From contig CM059432.1 in assembly GCA_030390025.1 (NCBI GenBank), positions 24,802,001 through 24,866,000 on the forward strand: a stretch of DNA of 64,000 bases, written 5' to 3'. The notes under the pieces are model-generated. The model saw nothing but the letters and a program-made list of their open reading frames with translations. It was not told the DNA's origin and ran no database searches. Shown here in pieces: positions 34,491 to 49,654 of this stretch. How positions within the stretch are numbered: the first letter of the stretch is position 1; each line of letters starts with the position of its first letter. A program made the translations under genes and the position numbers. Source of the DNA: Squalus acanthias (taxonomy: Eukaryota).

Positions 34491-35231
34491 GGCCCAAAAA
34501 TTAGTGCCGCTACGCGAGAGTACGCACTGTGTACTCTCGCGTATTCTGTCTCCAATTGCCGGTTTTCTGCATGCACTGCGCATGCGTTGAAAACCGGCAC
34601 TTGGTGAATTCAAAAGGGGGCGGTTCCTAGGTGAACCGCGTGCGCGCTACAGGCTGCGCGCACGCAGTGCACTTAGTGCTTTGAACGCGCAGGTAAGCAT
34701 GGAACATTTTAGACATAAAGAAAGGAGGCGTAAGACCCTCTTTTAACAAGGTAAGTAGTTAATTAAGTATTATTTTGAATTTTTTTTAACAGGTATATCT
34801 TTTTTAGAGACTTTAAAGACAGGTAAGTTTATTTTATAACTTTTTAAAAGATTTTACATTTTTTCAAAAATTTTATTTTTTGTTTAAAATGATTAATTTA
34901 TTTAACTATACTTATTTTATTAATGTGATGGTTTTTTTTAAAAATTTAATTGAGGTTTAGCTGTTCTTTTGGGGGGTATAGATTCATAGCTTTCACAGCA
35001 CTTATGTGAAAGCTATGAATGAAAGATGGTGTGCTGCCATTGGCTCTAACTGAGTCACGTGATCCCACAGCTCGCACGAATTAACTGCGCCTGTGGGATA
35101 CGGAAGCCCTGCACAGCTGCTGTCCAGAACATCAAGTTCGTGCGAGCTCGGACTGAAAAAGCCAGCGTGCAGTGAGAGATCGCGGGGAAGCCTTACCCTC
35201 GCACGAAGGCTCACTCACGAATTTTTGGGCC
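34491..35231. mobile_element. Harbinger-like MITE inserted into a CR1 fragment (~34420-34490 plus 35235-35600)
   Basis: Perfect TIR GGCCCAAAAATT; flanks ATA/ATT; CR1 reading GDLVETY|ILRGLDKVD resumes after it. Confidence 0.88.
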
Positions 35232-36532
35232 ATTAGATACTGAGGGGGCTCGACAAGGTAGATGCAGAGAGGATGTTTCCCCTCGTGGAGAAATCTAGAA
35301 CTCGGGGGCATAGTTTCAGAATAAAGGGTCGCCCTTTTAGAACTGAGATGAGGAGGAATTTCTTCTCTCAGAGGGTCGTAAATCTGTGGAATTCTCTGCC
35401 CCAGAGAGCCGTGGAGGCTGGGTCATTAAATACATTTAAGGTGGAGATAGACAGATCTTTGCAAGATAAGGGAGTGAAGGGTTATGGGGAGCGGGCAGGG
35501 AAGTGGCTTTGAGCCCAAGATCAGCCATGATCTTATTGAATGGCAGAGCAGGCTCGAGGGGCCAAGTGGCCTCCTATTTCTTATGTTCTTATGTTTTATT
35601 ATTCGACACAGCTAGCTTGCTAATACATAGATAGTTACATAAATAGACCATTCGGCCCAACTGGTCTATGCCGGTGTTTATGCTCCACAAGAGCCTCCTC
35701 CCACCCCATTTCATCTAACCCTATCAGCATATCCTTCTATTCCTTTCTCCCTCATGTGCTTATCTAGCTTCCCCTTAAATGCATCTATGCTATTCGCCTT
35801 GACTACTCCTTGTGGTAGTGAGTTCCACATTCTTACCACTCATTGGGTAAAGATGTTTCTCCTGAATACACCTTTGGATTTATTAGTACTATCTTATATT
35901 TATGATCTCTAGTTTTGGACTCCCCCGATTGAGTACTTCCAGTCGGCCAGTAAACAGATGGAGAATTTAGGCAGATGAGGCAATGCAGTAACTACCTTCT
36001 CCACAAGGGTGGCTGCTGCTGGAATACTGGCCAGGCTCCTCCAGAGGCTCAGTGATTCAAGCCTGATCTGTGCTTTGCAAGTTGATCTCTAAGATGTGTT
36101 CTCATCTAGCTGTAGGCATGACAATTGGCCCCACTGTGCCCAGGCCTGGCAAGAGAAAAATCAGCCAGAGTACCCATTTCTAATCATCCAGTGACCCTGC
36201 TAGAACATCCACGTGTGCAGATAAAGCTCAGTTATATCACCCATTCAGTATTCATTGTCATGAGCCATTCATCAAGAGTAGGCACTTGTATGAGGTAGCA
36301 GAACGTTACAGTACCTGTACAAACATGCCACAAGATTAGACGATTCTCAGCTGTGATGTCCCTGCCTGTCCTTCCTTCCTCTCCCATAGTTAAACAACCT
36401 GGCAACAGTGTGAAGACACACATATAAAGAATAGCCACTTGGGCAAAGTACTGGAACGTACCCCAGGGTCGGTGGCACCATACCCCCGCATGCATCAGCA
36501 TCTTTAGGAGATGCAGGGAGAAAAAAAAAATA

Positions 36533-36717
36533 GGGGTAGATTTTCAACTTGCCACCTGGGTGTAAACTGGTGTTATGGATCTGCCAGACGTTATAGAAAC
36601 CGGCTACTTTTCATTTTCATTGATTTCAACAGAAATTAAAATTGGGTGGTTTTAGATAATGGGCGGCTGATCCGCAGCATCAGTTTTATACCCGGGTGGC
36701 AAGTTGAAAGTCTCCCC
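36533..36717. mobile_element. 185-bp fold-back MITE
   Basis: GGGGTAGATTTTCAACTTGCCACC... pairs with ...GGTGGCAAGTTGAAAGTCTCCCC; TSD ATA; palindromic over most of its length. Confidence 0.85.
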
Positions 36718-39167
36718 ATAATAATTGGGTCACACAGACAAACTTCCTTTTGATCTTGCACTCTGCGGACTGATTCACATCATGCCAGAATGCTTGGCAA
36801 CAGAAAGTAATGTCTGTGAACTGACAGTCACTTGCCAGTCTCAAAACAGCTGGTTCCTTTGACCCTTAAATTGTTGTCAGAGAAACGTATGATTGTGAGT
36901 GAATCAGATGGATATCTCCATACATAATTGCAACAGACTGTGAGTCATCTGTGATCTTCGCAATCTTCAAAAGCTCAAATAGTTTGTTCTTCATACAGCG
37001 CTTTGAAGTGAAGATCTGTCTGTCCAGGCTCTTTAAATCTGCAGTTATTGAAAGGATTGTGGCAGAATCACAGTCATCCTGTTTGATTGCTGTATCAGTA
37101 AGAAATATTCAAAAGGAATGTGTAACATTACATGGTTTATGTCAGTGTGATTTAGTTTCAGCTTTGCATCAATGCACCCGGTTAATGTAATTGGGGTGTA
37201 AATTCCCCATAATCAGAATTAGGCTAACATTGTGAGATATAGCCTCTTACTGCTTCAACTTTGCATTGGTTGCAGTACAACTACCCAGTCAGATTCAGGT
37301 GCAGATGAGCGGAGCTTTGTTTCCATAGATGCACACAAAGAACAAAAGAACTTGCATTTATATAGCGCCTTTCACATCCTCAGACATTCCAACGTGCTTC
37401 ACAGCCAATTAAGTACTTTTGAAGTGTAGTCACTGTTGGAATGTAGGGAAACATGGCAGCCAATTTATGCACAGCAAGACCCTACAAATAGCAATGAGAT
37501 AAATGATCAGATAATTTGTTTTTTGTGGGTGTTGGGTGAGGGATAAATGTTGGCCAGAATTCCAATTTGCCTGGCCAGAGAACTACACAAAGTCAGCAGT
37601 GTAACTTGTCACTGGCTGCCCCACATCATTGTAAGCAGGTGCCTTTCTGCTAAATTTGGCATAATGAGAGAATAAAAGACAACCAGGCAGGTAATGAGTT
37701 CAGTACTTGGGGCTGTAACCAATTATCATCCAGCAAATGATCTCCAGTGAAAGGGGCTCAATTGCACTTGAGTTAATGAGTTACTCCAGGCTCAGCTAGA
37801 TGTAATGCCGTGACCCTTTACTGCTTGCAAATGCTCCAGAATCATTGCATTGCTTCCTTAGTCATTTAGTATATTTTCAGTTTCATGGATATACATGAAA
37901 ATTCTTATATGAATACAGGAAGCATGCAGAGGAACACTCAACATATTCAACATTTTTTTGAGTGCAGTGTATTATCCCTGTTATTTTGATATTGTATGAA
38001 GCACGTTAACTATGGTGATTGCCCATGTAGTAAGTATTAACATTTTTGTGTCTCCTGTGTCCTTATATGAGTAATTTGAGACATGACATATGGTAAGTAT
38101 AGCGTGCCTGGGAGGAAAAAGGTGACTTTGGACCTATGGTTCCCAAAGCTCTTCACCACTAGGGTTTTCCTTATGCTATGTCTGGGTGTGCTGTAGACTA
38201 ATTGATGGAGATTGATTGCTATGATTAGTCAACAACTCCATTATCATTGTATCATATGACAGTGAACTAGATTGATCTTGGTCTTTTCCCATCGAGCAAT
38301 TCCTATGTTATTATTCTGGATATTTTAGCTTTCTTGTTTCAGATTACTCTCATAGGTTATACTTAGTTTTCCACAGCCTCACTAGAGAGAGAGAGAGAGC
38401 GGGAATATGGTATTGAGATAGAGGATCAGCCATGATCATATTGAATGGCGGAGCAGGCTCGAAGGGCTGAATGGCCTACTCCTGCTCCTATTTTTCTATG
38501 TTTCTATCTTCAGTGATTTTGATCTACTCTGGACTGCTGCTGGCCCATCCTTGTCCTGCCCCCACGATCACCTCCCCACCCCCCTTGACTTACCTGTGGG
38601 CATTGGAATGGGGCAAAATTGGTAAGGCCCCAGTAGGAAAGTTGTGTCAGGGTGCCTGATTGGCTCTAGCAGCTCAGCTGAATTATGATGACAAGGCCCG
38701 AGGATGGATTGAGGACCTCTCTGTTCCAGCATGCCATCGCCATGCGCCATCATAGAAATTTACGGCACAGAAGGAGGCAATTCGGCCCATCGTGTCAGAA
38801 CCGCAGCCGGTTTCAAGTGCTAACGAATTTTGGGAAACATACTTACAGCCTAGAAGAACAAAAGAGGAAAGTTTACAGAAGCAATGGTAGTGGCAGTATT
38901 GAGAGGCAAAACTTATTATGATTTAAAAGATGCTGTTTAGTTTTTGAAACACCTGACAGCTGAAAAGCCACTTGGTTTTTTTACTTGTGTCTGTTGACGA
39001 TTATTATATATCAGCTTGCAGTTACAAGGTAACTAATGATGAATCTCAACAATTAACATCCAGATAGAGGTAACAAGCCACAGGCACAAATGAAAGAAAT
39101 ATCTCTAAATAACTATCTGAAGTCGCAAACAAAGCACGTGCCAATTTTAAAATCTGTAATTCAATAA

Positions 39168-39629
39168 AAAGAAAGAGAGACTTGCATTTATATAGGACCT
39201 CTCACAACCTCAGGACATTCTGAAGGACTTTACAGCCAATGAAAGTACAATTTGAAGTGTAGTCACTGTTGTAATGTAGGAAACGCGGCAGCCAACTTAC
39301 ACACAGCAAGCTCCCACAAACAGCAATGTGATAACAATCAGACAATCTGTTTTAGTGATGTTGGCTGAGGAATAAATATTGGCCAGTAGAACTCCCCTGC
39401 TCTTCTTCAAAATAATCCCATGGGATCTTTTATGTCCATCTGAGAGGGCAGATGGAGCCTCGGTTTAACGTCTCATCTGCAAAGTGGCACCTCCGACAGT
39501 GCAACACTCCTTCAGTACTGCACTGAAGTGTCAGCCTGGATTTTGTGCTCAAGTCTCTGGAATGGGACTTGAATCCACCACAACTGTCTGACTCAGTGCT
39601 GAGAGTGCTACCACTGAGCCACAGCTAAC
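39168..39629 (-). mobile_element. tRNA-head/L2-tail (HE1-like) SINE
   Basis: Reverse-complement homologue of 32952-33383. Further fragments at ~24195-24390, 37335-37560, 49100-49650 and 55300-55520. Confidence 0.85.
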
Positions 39630-42269
39630 ATATTGTAAAACAATACTTCCGAACCACAGACACCTACAGAACAGAAGGAGACCATTCGGCTTATCGTTTC
39701 TTTGCTGGACCAATCTGAAATTAATTTCAATGGCCCACATTCTCTTCATAGCCCTGTATCTTCTCCTTCAAGTATTTATCTACTTTCTCCATTGAAAGCT
39801 ACAATTGCATCCTCTTTTCTTGCCTTTGAGACGAGATTTAAAAAAAAATGAATGCCAAAATCAAAAATAAAATCATGAATTGCTGGAAATATGCAGCAGT
39901 TCAGTCAGTCACTGAAAGAGAAAAGATCAGTTAATATTTTAAACCCACTGACTTCTGATGATAAGTCACCACCTGAAATGTTAACTTGAAAGAATAGAGC
40001 TTTAGTTTTCATATTTTGAGAATAGAAGATGCATAATAAGCACAACAGGAATACAGTAAATTGCTACAAGAGGAAGAAGTCAAATTAAGACAATTATATA
40101 GGTTGGAAGAGCTGTCAAGGTTCAAAAGACTGTAAATTAACTTTAGAAAAGACTTGGAGTGGATGAGAGTTCCAAGGGTGAACAGTTGATAGAAAAAAAA
40201 AGTAGTGCTTGAGGGTCTCGGTGCGACATTAGAGGCAGAATAATTGCTGAGAGTGAGGAATCTTCTGAGATTATAAAGCCAAAGGGAAAGAATAAACTAG
40301 TTAATGACTTGAGAGCAGTTCAAGAGGCAGAAATAGAGTCAGCGAGTTTCTAAAGGAGAAACTACAGACTCAATGTCAGTGTTAAATTGTTAGTTTCAAG
40401 GATGATATGCTGAGTTTCTGTTTCTTTATCAAATGAGATTGCCAGATAGAAAAGGCATATAGTCAAAGACTGGAAGGACAGTAGAAATTTGTTTTTAGAA
40501 GCCTTAATATAGTGAGAAGGGCAGGTAGAAAAGATGTCAGGAGATCAAAGTGATTTTCTGATTACATTTTTTTTTGACTCAATGATTTATGAGTGGTCTG
40601 CATAAATTGCTCTAACCATGGAGTCCAATGTATTTGAATGAGGAGGTATGTTCGATTGTGCGGTTGATTGAGAGATTAATATTTCTGTGTGTTTCGGAAG
40701 AAATTACCATTGATTTGATTTTATTGATTTTTTTTCTTGGATAATAACTTCTTTGATTTTCTCCCCTTTTCCCCTTCACAATGTCTCCCTGTCCCATGCA
40801 CGCTCCAAAAGACTGCTCCCAGGCCCCTGTTAATTCTGCTTCGTGACTGACTCCTGGATGCTTGCATGAGATTTGTCCAGGATGAATGGCTCTTGGATTT
40901 TCCATCCCTTTCTCACAGGAATTGATGAGTCTCAATTCAACACTGTTCCCAAGGCGGCACATCTGGATTTGGGATGTTACCCCGTAGAGTTGTACACTTC
41001 TGTATACTTAATTAGGATCTGCTAAGTATAAACAATATCATGTTGCTCTGTAATGGTCCCCAGGATGGTCTCTATGCTCATCTACACTTTTCAAAATCAA
41101 TGTTAGTTTTAGATCGGTCTAGCAAAGACATAATGGACTAAATGGTCTCCTTCCTGGGGACCAAAATAAATAGCGATGCTTTGGAACACACTGCCTCCCT
41201 CCTATAACTAACATCAGTGGAGTGGGCCTGGAGAAAAGGTGACCCTAAATGTTGGGCAGTAAATGTAAAAAATTTTTTTAAGTAAAACATATATTTCAGA
41301 CTATACTTTTATACATAGAAAATAGAGGATTGCGGATTCTTTGAAGAGAACAGTCCTCTACTTAGATTTTCCCTCCACTTAAAAAATATATGAAGAGGTT
41401 AGCCTGAGTAAATGAATAACTACATTATCATAGACCACTGGGCATCTCCATCTGCGTAATACACCAACTGGCTTTAAATGCACAATAAGAATATAAACAA
41501 TGTACATAAGCCACCAGGTTACAATGATACGAGAGGAAGGAATGCACTGGAACCCTGGACACCAAACTGAACATGGAGATGAGGTACAGATCAGCCATGA
41601 TCTAACTGAATGGAGGAACAGGCTCAAGGGGCTGAATGGTCTATTCCTGTTCCTATGTTCCGATGTAACATGCTGTGCTGTATTGGTATCCCTAAGGAGC
41701 ATTAATTTGGAAATACCATGCCAAGGCAACTAGTCAATGATGAGTAACACAAGATGCAAGGTCCAATAAATATATTGCAATTATAATTTACCTTTGGAAG
41801 GGGCAGTACTTTTCTGAAGACATTAAATGGATTGGATAAAGTTTGTGATCAGGCAAGAACTGTAAACCAATGTTTTTCCTGTAACCATGTCAAGAAAAAC
41901 AGGCTGAATGTAAAATGCTCCATTTCTATGACACCCCTATGAACTCTGATACAGAAAACCTTGAAACAGACAGGCTATTTGACAGGAACGAAAATAATTT
42001 AACGCCATGCAGAAGAGGCATGATCTAGTAATCAAAGCTTCTCTCACGACCACAGCAGTCTCTCAACCCCAACCAGATCAATCTCCTCCATCTAGCCCAA
42101 GAGAGTAAACTTTTGTACACAGATATATGTACATTGCACACGGTGCACCGAGAACAGAATAGCGCACAATTAATCAGGTTAAAATTAGGAAGTAATAGTA
42201 AGATGAATAACATCTGAAAGCTGGCATGCAATCTGGCGCTGCCCAGAAAAGATCCAGAAGTTCCAATAG

Positions 42270-42738
42270 TAAAGGTAACCTACCGAGTCCCAGTCACTCA
42301 TCACCCTTGTGCTCGCTGACCAGCACCGCCATGATTTTAAAATTCTCATCTTTGTTTTCAAATCCCTCCATTGCCTCAACTCTTCCTATCTCTGTAACCT
42401 CCTTCAGCCCTACAACCCGCTGAGAACTCTGCGCTCTTACAATTCTGGTTTCTTGCGCATCCCCGATTTTCTTCGCTCTGCCATTAGCAGCCATGCCTTC
42501 ATTTGCCTGGGTCCTAAGCTCTGGAATTCCCTCCTTAAATCTATCCACCTCTCTACCTCTCTCTCCTCCTTTAAGATGCTCCTTAAAGCCTACCTCTTTG
42601 ACCAAACTTTTGGTCATCTGTCCTAATATCTCCTTATGTGGTTTTGTGTCAAGTTTGTTTGATAACGCTCCTGCAAAGCACCTTGGGAAATGTTACCATG
42701 TTAAAGGCGCTATATAAATGTAATTTGTTGTTGTTGTT
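42270..42738 (+). mobile_element. L2 LINE 3' fragment
   Basis: FKILIFVFKSLH...YLCNLLQPYNPLRTLRS...PKLWNSL...FKMLLKAYLF; (TTG)n tail. Confidence 0.88.
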
Positions 42739-43319
42739 GGAGGGTTTCGATTACCATGAAAATGCCACCAAATTCCTTCCTTAGGAGAAAAACTTCCACT
42801 TGCCTTTTTTTGCCCTTTCACAGACCTGGGTGCCACTCCTACATCTGCCAGATAATTAGAGCAAGTGCAGCTGAAGAATCCTTGTTGGCATAATGTGCCC
42901 ATCCCAGTCATACAATTGACCCTATCTATCGAATATAGATGGGATCTGCAGCCTCACAAGCAGCCGAACAGGTGTTCCACACCAACACACTGGAAGAGCA
43001 GTCCCCATCCAACTTCAAGAGCTTTAGGCTTAATCAGAGTTAATACTACAACTTGTACTTATAGAGTGTCTTTAACATAGAAGCACCTCACAGAGGCATA
43101 ATCAAAAAACGGGATGCTGGGTGAAAGAACGAGAGATTAGGAGGGGCGACTAAACGTTTGGTTAAAGTGGTGGGTTTTCAGGAGGGTCTTAAAAGAGGAG
43201 AGGGAGCGGGTGAAGGGTTTAGTGAGGGAATTCCACAGCCCAGGGCCTCAGCAGCTGAAAGCATTGCCGATAATGTGGGGTGGAGGGAATAACTTTGGAA
43301 GGAATAAGTAAAAAACATT

Positions 43320-44083
43320 GGCCCAGAAATTGGACTTCGATGGTTGCCGCGGGGGTAAGGATCCCCCGCGATATCGCACTCCGCACCTGCCTTTATGGTT
43401 TTGGCCCACACGAACTTCAGTTCCTGGGCCTCTCCCTGGTGCCGGCGCGCAGTGTGTGCGTGTCCCAGAGGCGCAGTTAGTGCGATGCGACCTCTGGGAT
43501 CACGTGGGCCAGTTAGAGCCAATGGCAGCACACCATCTTTCATTCATAGTTTTGACAGGAAGAGCTGTCAAAACTATGAATACAACAAGCCCCCAAAAGA
43601 ACAGCTAAACCTCAATTAAATTAAAAAAAAGCCATCACATTAATAAAATAACTATAGTTAAATAAATTAACCACTTTAAACAAAAATTTAAATTTTTGAA
43701 AACATTTAAATTCTTTTTAAAAGTTATAAAAATAAACTTACCTTTCTTTAAAGTCTCTAAAAAAGATAAACCTGTTGAAAAAAGTTTAAAATAATACTTA
43801 ATTAACTACTTACCTTGTTAAAAGGGGGTCTTACGCCTGCTTTCTTCATGTGTAAAATCTTCAACACTTACCTGCGCGTTCAAACCTGAAAAAAAAACTA
43901 AGTGTGCTGCGTGCGCGCAACCTGTAGTGCGCACGCGGTTCACTTAGGAACCGCCCCCTTCGCAATACCCGAAGTGCCGGTTTCCCACGCATGCGCAGTG
44001 CATGCAGGAAACCAGCACTTCGGGACCTAATACGCGAGAGTACACAGTGCGTAATCTCCCGTATTAGGTCTAATTTTCGGGCC
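43320..44083. mobile_element. Harbinger-like MITE, inverted relative of 34491-35231
   Basis: TIR GGCCCAGAAATT / AATTTTCGGGCC; TSD ATT. Confidence 0.88.
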
Positions 44084-44951
44084 ATTATTTCAATAATAAA
44101 GGCTTACAACTGCCTTCACAAAGTACAATGTGAAATATGATTTTCATGCAGCTTTAACTGTATCTTCAGTTCCTCCTCCTTCTTCCTCATGGATCTTTGT
44201 TTGTGATGCAAATATCAAAATAGGAGAAGTTGCCCATCAATACACAAAGAAAATGAAGTCCTCTTAACAGGGAAAGCATCACACTGAAACTGCAGTATGG
44301 CAAGACTGACGGTTCAAGTTTTTACTGAGCTTAACCCCAATTTTGGAATTAATCTTTTGTGGGAAATAATCAGATTTAATCAGGTCCAAAATCAGAAGCT
44401 TAAAAAAGCTTAGGCACCTGTATGTCGATAAATACATTTAAAAAAGTGTAAGAGAAAGAATTGAAAAATCTGTCTTAATGGTTAAAAAACCCAGTCCTCC
44501 AAATCTGTCCACTTAACTGGATTAAATTGAACGGTTCAAACCAGTAAGATGAGGAGAAAAATAACAAGTAACACCCAATCAATGAGACCCTTAACCTGGT
44601 TGAAACCTAAGTGATTTAGGAGACAAACAAAACTGTACAGGGCAGACAGCTAGAGTCAATCATGATTAAAAATCCAAGCAAGATAATTAGAGCTTTCCTG
44701 CTCACAATTAGCCAACACTTGTCTGACCTAGGTACCTACTAAGTCATTATGATTTGGTGCGGGCCTCTTTGTGTTAGCAGACTGCTCAGATACAGTAGCG
44801 AGCAGAAGAAGTTTCCTTAATGATGGTTTGATTGAGCTGGAACTCTCCTGCTGTATCAGTGAGAGCAGTGGAACATGAAGAAGAGTTAAGTACCTTTGGG
44901 GCACTACAAATTAGGCCTCTGCATCACCTAACCACTACTTTCCCCTCATCT

Positions 44952-45812
44952 TAAGAACATAGGAACAGGAGTAGGCCATTTAGCCCCTCAAGCCTGTTCC
45001 GCCATTCAATATGATCATGGTTGATCTGTGACCTAACTTCATATAACCCGCCTTTGCCCCATATCCCTTAATACCTTTGGTTGACAAATATCTATTAATC
45101 TCAGATTTTAAATTAACAATTATCCAGCATCAAATGCCATTTGCAGAAGAGATTTCAAAACTTCTACCACCCTTTGCATGTAGAAGTGTTTCCTAACTTC
45201 ACACCTGAAACGCCTTGCTCTAATTTTTAGACTATGCCCCCTAGTCCTAGATTACCCAACCAGCGAAAATAGTTTCTCTCTATCTACCCTATCAGTTCCC
45301 CTTAATATCTTGAAAACTTTGATAAAATCATCCTTTAACCTTCTAAATTCCAGGGAATACAACCCTAATTTGTGCAATCGCTCCTCGTAATTTACCTTGG
45401 AGTCCAGGTATTATTCTGGTAAACCTACGCTGCACTCCCTCCAAGGCCAATATATCCTTCCTAAGGTGTGGTGCCCAGAACTGCTCACAGTACTCCAGTT
45501 GTGGTCTAACCAGGGTTTTGTATAGCTGCAGCATAGCTTCTACCCACTTATATTCTAGTCCTCCAGATATAAAGGCTCGCATTCCATTAGCCTTTTTATC
45601 ATTTTCTGTACCTGTTCACGACATTTTAATAATCTATGTACATGGACCCCCAAGTCTCCTTGGACCTCCACTGTTTTTAGCTTTTCACCATTTGGAAAGT
45701 ACCCTGTTCTATCCTTTTTCAGTCCAAAGTGGATGACCTCACATTTTCCTACATTGAAATCCATTTGGCACAGTTTTGCCCATTCGCTTAATCTATTAAT
45801 ATCTCTTTGTAA
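44952..45812 (-). mobile_element. CR1 3' fragment
   Basis: LQRDINRLSEWA, FNVGKCEVIHFG, LVRPQLEYCEQFW. Confidence 0.9.
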
Positions 45813-47533
45813 TCCCTCTCCTACTCTTTCCAATCTTGATGGGGTCCTGCATTGTAGGACTTGTCCCATCACCTCGGCTTCTCAAATTCAAATTTGTACA
45901 AAACATGGTTGCAGGATTTGCGCTGGATGTCACCAGCCAGGTCAGGCAGAGACACTGGACTGCACACAAAACACCAGAACCAACTCAGTGACAGATGTAA
46001 TAATGCATTTATATGATCTGCACTTCATTATTCAACCAATAAATTATAAATCAATGCCGTTGTAGTTGGACGCACATCGAATATTTATGCAATAGCTGCA
46101 ATCCTTTCAGCTGTGATGGTACCAAGTCTTACATTGTAGATGACTGACAAGGTAATAGATAATTCGGAACAAATTTAGCTCGAATATTTCATGGTTAATG
46201 ATGGTGCGTAGTTCCCAAAAGAATATTCAAATATAAATCAACTTGCTGATGCAGTCAATCATGGACTGAATATTCATATAGTTATTCTATTTTGTTTCAC
46301 TTGCAGGGATGGGTAAAAATCCTGGTGTGATTTATTAATGGCCACTCTACCTTAATTATAATTAAGGTGTTTAGCTGAAAAGCCACATACTGTTGGAATC
46401 AGTTTATATACATGCCCAGCTGGGCTGTCCTGTTATCCTACTGTTATGAAACATTCTATGCAAATGTGTCTGCTCCTTTCCCCAGGGTGTTGAGTATCTG
46501 TTAAGCCATTCTTTTTCATTCAACTCCACACAATTTTATCAGATTAACCCATTTGAAAAGTTTGCCAAAATGTTAAGAGTGATCTTTATTAAGTACTCTA
46601 TTCCCCCCTCTGTGTTGGATTAAGAAATCTTGGGGCCTTGAGCACCAAGGACATTATCCCCGCCTCCACCATCCACTATATTACAACAATGACTTCACTT
46701 CAAACGTACTTAATTAGCTGTAAAGCACTTTGGGATGTCCTGAGGCTGTGAAAGGCGCTATATAAATGGAAGTCTTTCTTTTTTCTTTCACTAAAACACA
46801 AACATATAATAATATGTTTGAAGAAGTAGGCCTTTACAACATTTACACACTCCATTAAGAAAAAAGCAAGTCATATCACAATATACTCAGCTTAAATGAA
46901 ACATAAATTATATCACGATATATTACGCTTCTATGAAACGTATTTACATGGGGCCCCTTGGCACAGCCCCCAAAGGCCCGTGCATTAATCCTCCCCTGCC
47001 CCTGCCTAATCTTCTCTTCCTTCCACAATCTACAGGTTTTTAATTATCTCATGGTATTATTGGTAAGGATTCCATAGAGCTGAGTCATCCCATCCTGTTT
47101 TAATACTTCCTATTCTGCTTTCCCTATCAATTTTCTCTTACCCCCCACCCACTCCAACTGTAATGCCTCACCACAGCCCAAGGTGAGATCAGCTAACTCA
47201 ACACAGACCAGGGTTCAAGCCTAGAACTTTTATATGGTTTGTATGGTTGAACTACTGGGAAACATACTGATCTATCAAAAGAAGACCTTCTGTTGCTTCT
47301 CACGCTTAAAAAAAATCTGCAATACCTTGTACTTTCTTACAACGCTGGCCATGTTAACCTACAATGGTCCTATACAAAAGCAATTAGTGATAGCTGTAGT
47401 CAGAGAATGTCTTATTAATCCCTTCTTCTATTTGTGAAAGTATTTGAAAGTTTACTCTTGCAGTAGAGGAAGATCTGATCTGAATCTTCAAAATGCTAGG
47501 GTTGAGGGAAGGATGAAAGGTGTTGGACTCAAA

Positions 47534-48362
47534 GGGGGGAATTTTGCCAGCCCTGGGGAGGCGGGTTTGGAGGCGGGACTGCGGGGAAAATGGCAGAAAC
47601 TGGGAGTGGGTACCGAACCCGCTCCCAACCCGCCTCCGTGCCATCTTCCCGGGAGGCGGGTCCCTGACCCGCGCAGGGACCCGTCTCCTCGAGGCGGGAA
47701 GGGGATTACAGCCAAATAACTACCTGTTAACAGGTAGTTAACAGGCAGTTTTGAGGCTTATCCCCATTTTACCCCTGCAAGTGCGGGCTTCCCGACGGCT
47801 GCGAACCTCGCCAGGGTCAGCGAGGTGAGCAGTGGGTCTGCGGGGGTGAGAGGGGTCAAAAAGTGCACTGTGAAGGTGAGTGATGGGGGCAAGTGTGGAG
47901 AGGTTAGAATGAGAGATGAGTGTAAAGTGTTAGAAAAAGTTTTCTTACCTTTGCTTCTTCCTATAGGCTTCAACCCTTGGAGATCCGGAGATGCCTCATC
48001 TCAACGGCAGAGATGACAGAATGGCTGTTGCATTCTCAGATGCAGCAGCCATCTGATTTCTGCTGAGGAAAGAGGTTTTGGTGAGTCTTTGTGCAAGGGC
48101 TCACCTTAGAACAGAGATTGTCAGTGTTTGACAGCTTTTCAATTCATCTGTCAAAAATTTTCAACAACAGATGAAACGTCATACGCTGACGTCCTCTGTC
48201 ACCGGCTTTCCCTTAATTGGCCGGCTAAGCCCGCAGGGCGGGCTTAACAAGGTCAATCTAGGGAAAATAGCGTGGGTTGGCCGAACGTCATTGGGGGCGG
48301 GACTGAAACCCGACAACCAGCAATCCCGCCCCCAGCGTGTCCCCATTGACAAAATCCAGCCC
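47534..48362. mobile_element. Harbinger-like MITE
   Basis: Imperfect TIR GGGGGGAATTTTG / CAAAATCCAGCCC; TSD AAA; GGCGGG-rich subtermini. Confidence 0.75.
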
Positions 48363-49654
48363 AAAGGAATTTCTGGATCAACAGTAGAGATGCTGGGGAT
48401 AATTTTCCCCTTCACTGCCTGGGCAGTAATCTTGCCCGCCTGTTGTAGAATGCACCCGACTGGGTGGACGATTCGCTCCGCCAGGTTACCACTCTGGCTG
48501 TGAAGGTGCAAATGATCCCGCGCTTCGTTTGAGAAAAACAAAGCACTCCTGGACCACAATGATGATGGACTATCATCTCAACCACATTTCCGACATACTC
48601 AGCGAAGTGCACGGGATGCGACTCCTCTTTTGATAAAAGACAGGAGAATGCCTATATTTTCCACCAGGATCGACCGGCTGACAAAATCCTATTGCATAAA
48701 GCACACAATTTAAAGTTGCACGATCTTGCGAGTTTGTTAATTATGCAGAAAAAGAGGCTTTTTCATTAAAAGGGGGATTTCACTCCCGCAGTGATCAGAC
48801 AGCCCCAATCCATTATTGTTTGAAATCACGCTGTGCAATGTTAGTTAAAAAAAATGCATGAATTCCTAAGTGTGACATTCCTTCATCTGTTACTTCAGTG
48901 AAGGCATTAGGCAATTTATTTAAACTTAAAAACAGTAAATGCTGCAAATACACAATAGGTCCACCAGCATTTGAAAAAAAAAGGAAGATCCTCCATCCCA
49001 TCAAAACCCTTCATCAGCAGGGTCTAATTCCCAGAAATGTTAGCCCATCTTTCCTCGTTTCAGATGCTGACAGATCTGGTGTGCATTTTCTTCTACGTCT
49101 CAGCTTTGGCTCAGTGGTTGCACTCTCGCCTCTGAGTCTGAAGCCCTACTGCAGAAGTTTGAGCACATAAGATGAGATGTTAAACTGTGGCCCCATCTGC
49201 TCTCTCAGGTGGATCCCATGGCACTATCTGAAGAAGGGTAGGCGAGCTTTTCTACTGTACTGACCAATTTTTTGTGGGACCTTGTCGTGCACAATTTTGG
49301 CTACTTTTTCCCCCTACATTACAACAGTGACTACACTTCAAAGTACTTCATTGGCTGTGAAGTGCTCTGAGATAATGACCAGATAATCTGTTTTAGTGAT
49401 GCTGTTTGAGGGATAAATATTGGCCAGGACACCAGGGAGAACTCCCCTGCTCTTCTTCAAAATCGTGCCTTAGAGGGCAAACGGGACCTCGGTTTAACAT
49501 CTCAGACAAAAGACAGCACCTCCGACAGTGCGGCCCTCCTGTGCTGGGGATTCAGCCTAGCTTTTGCATTCAAGTCTCTGGAGTGAGACTTGAACCGACA
49601 ACCTCTGACTCAGAGGCGAGAGTGCTACCACTGCGTTCGGCTGACACCTGCTTT

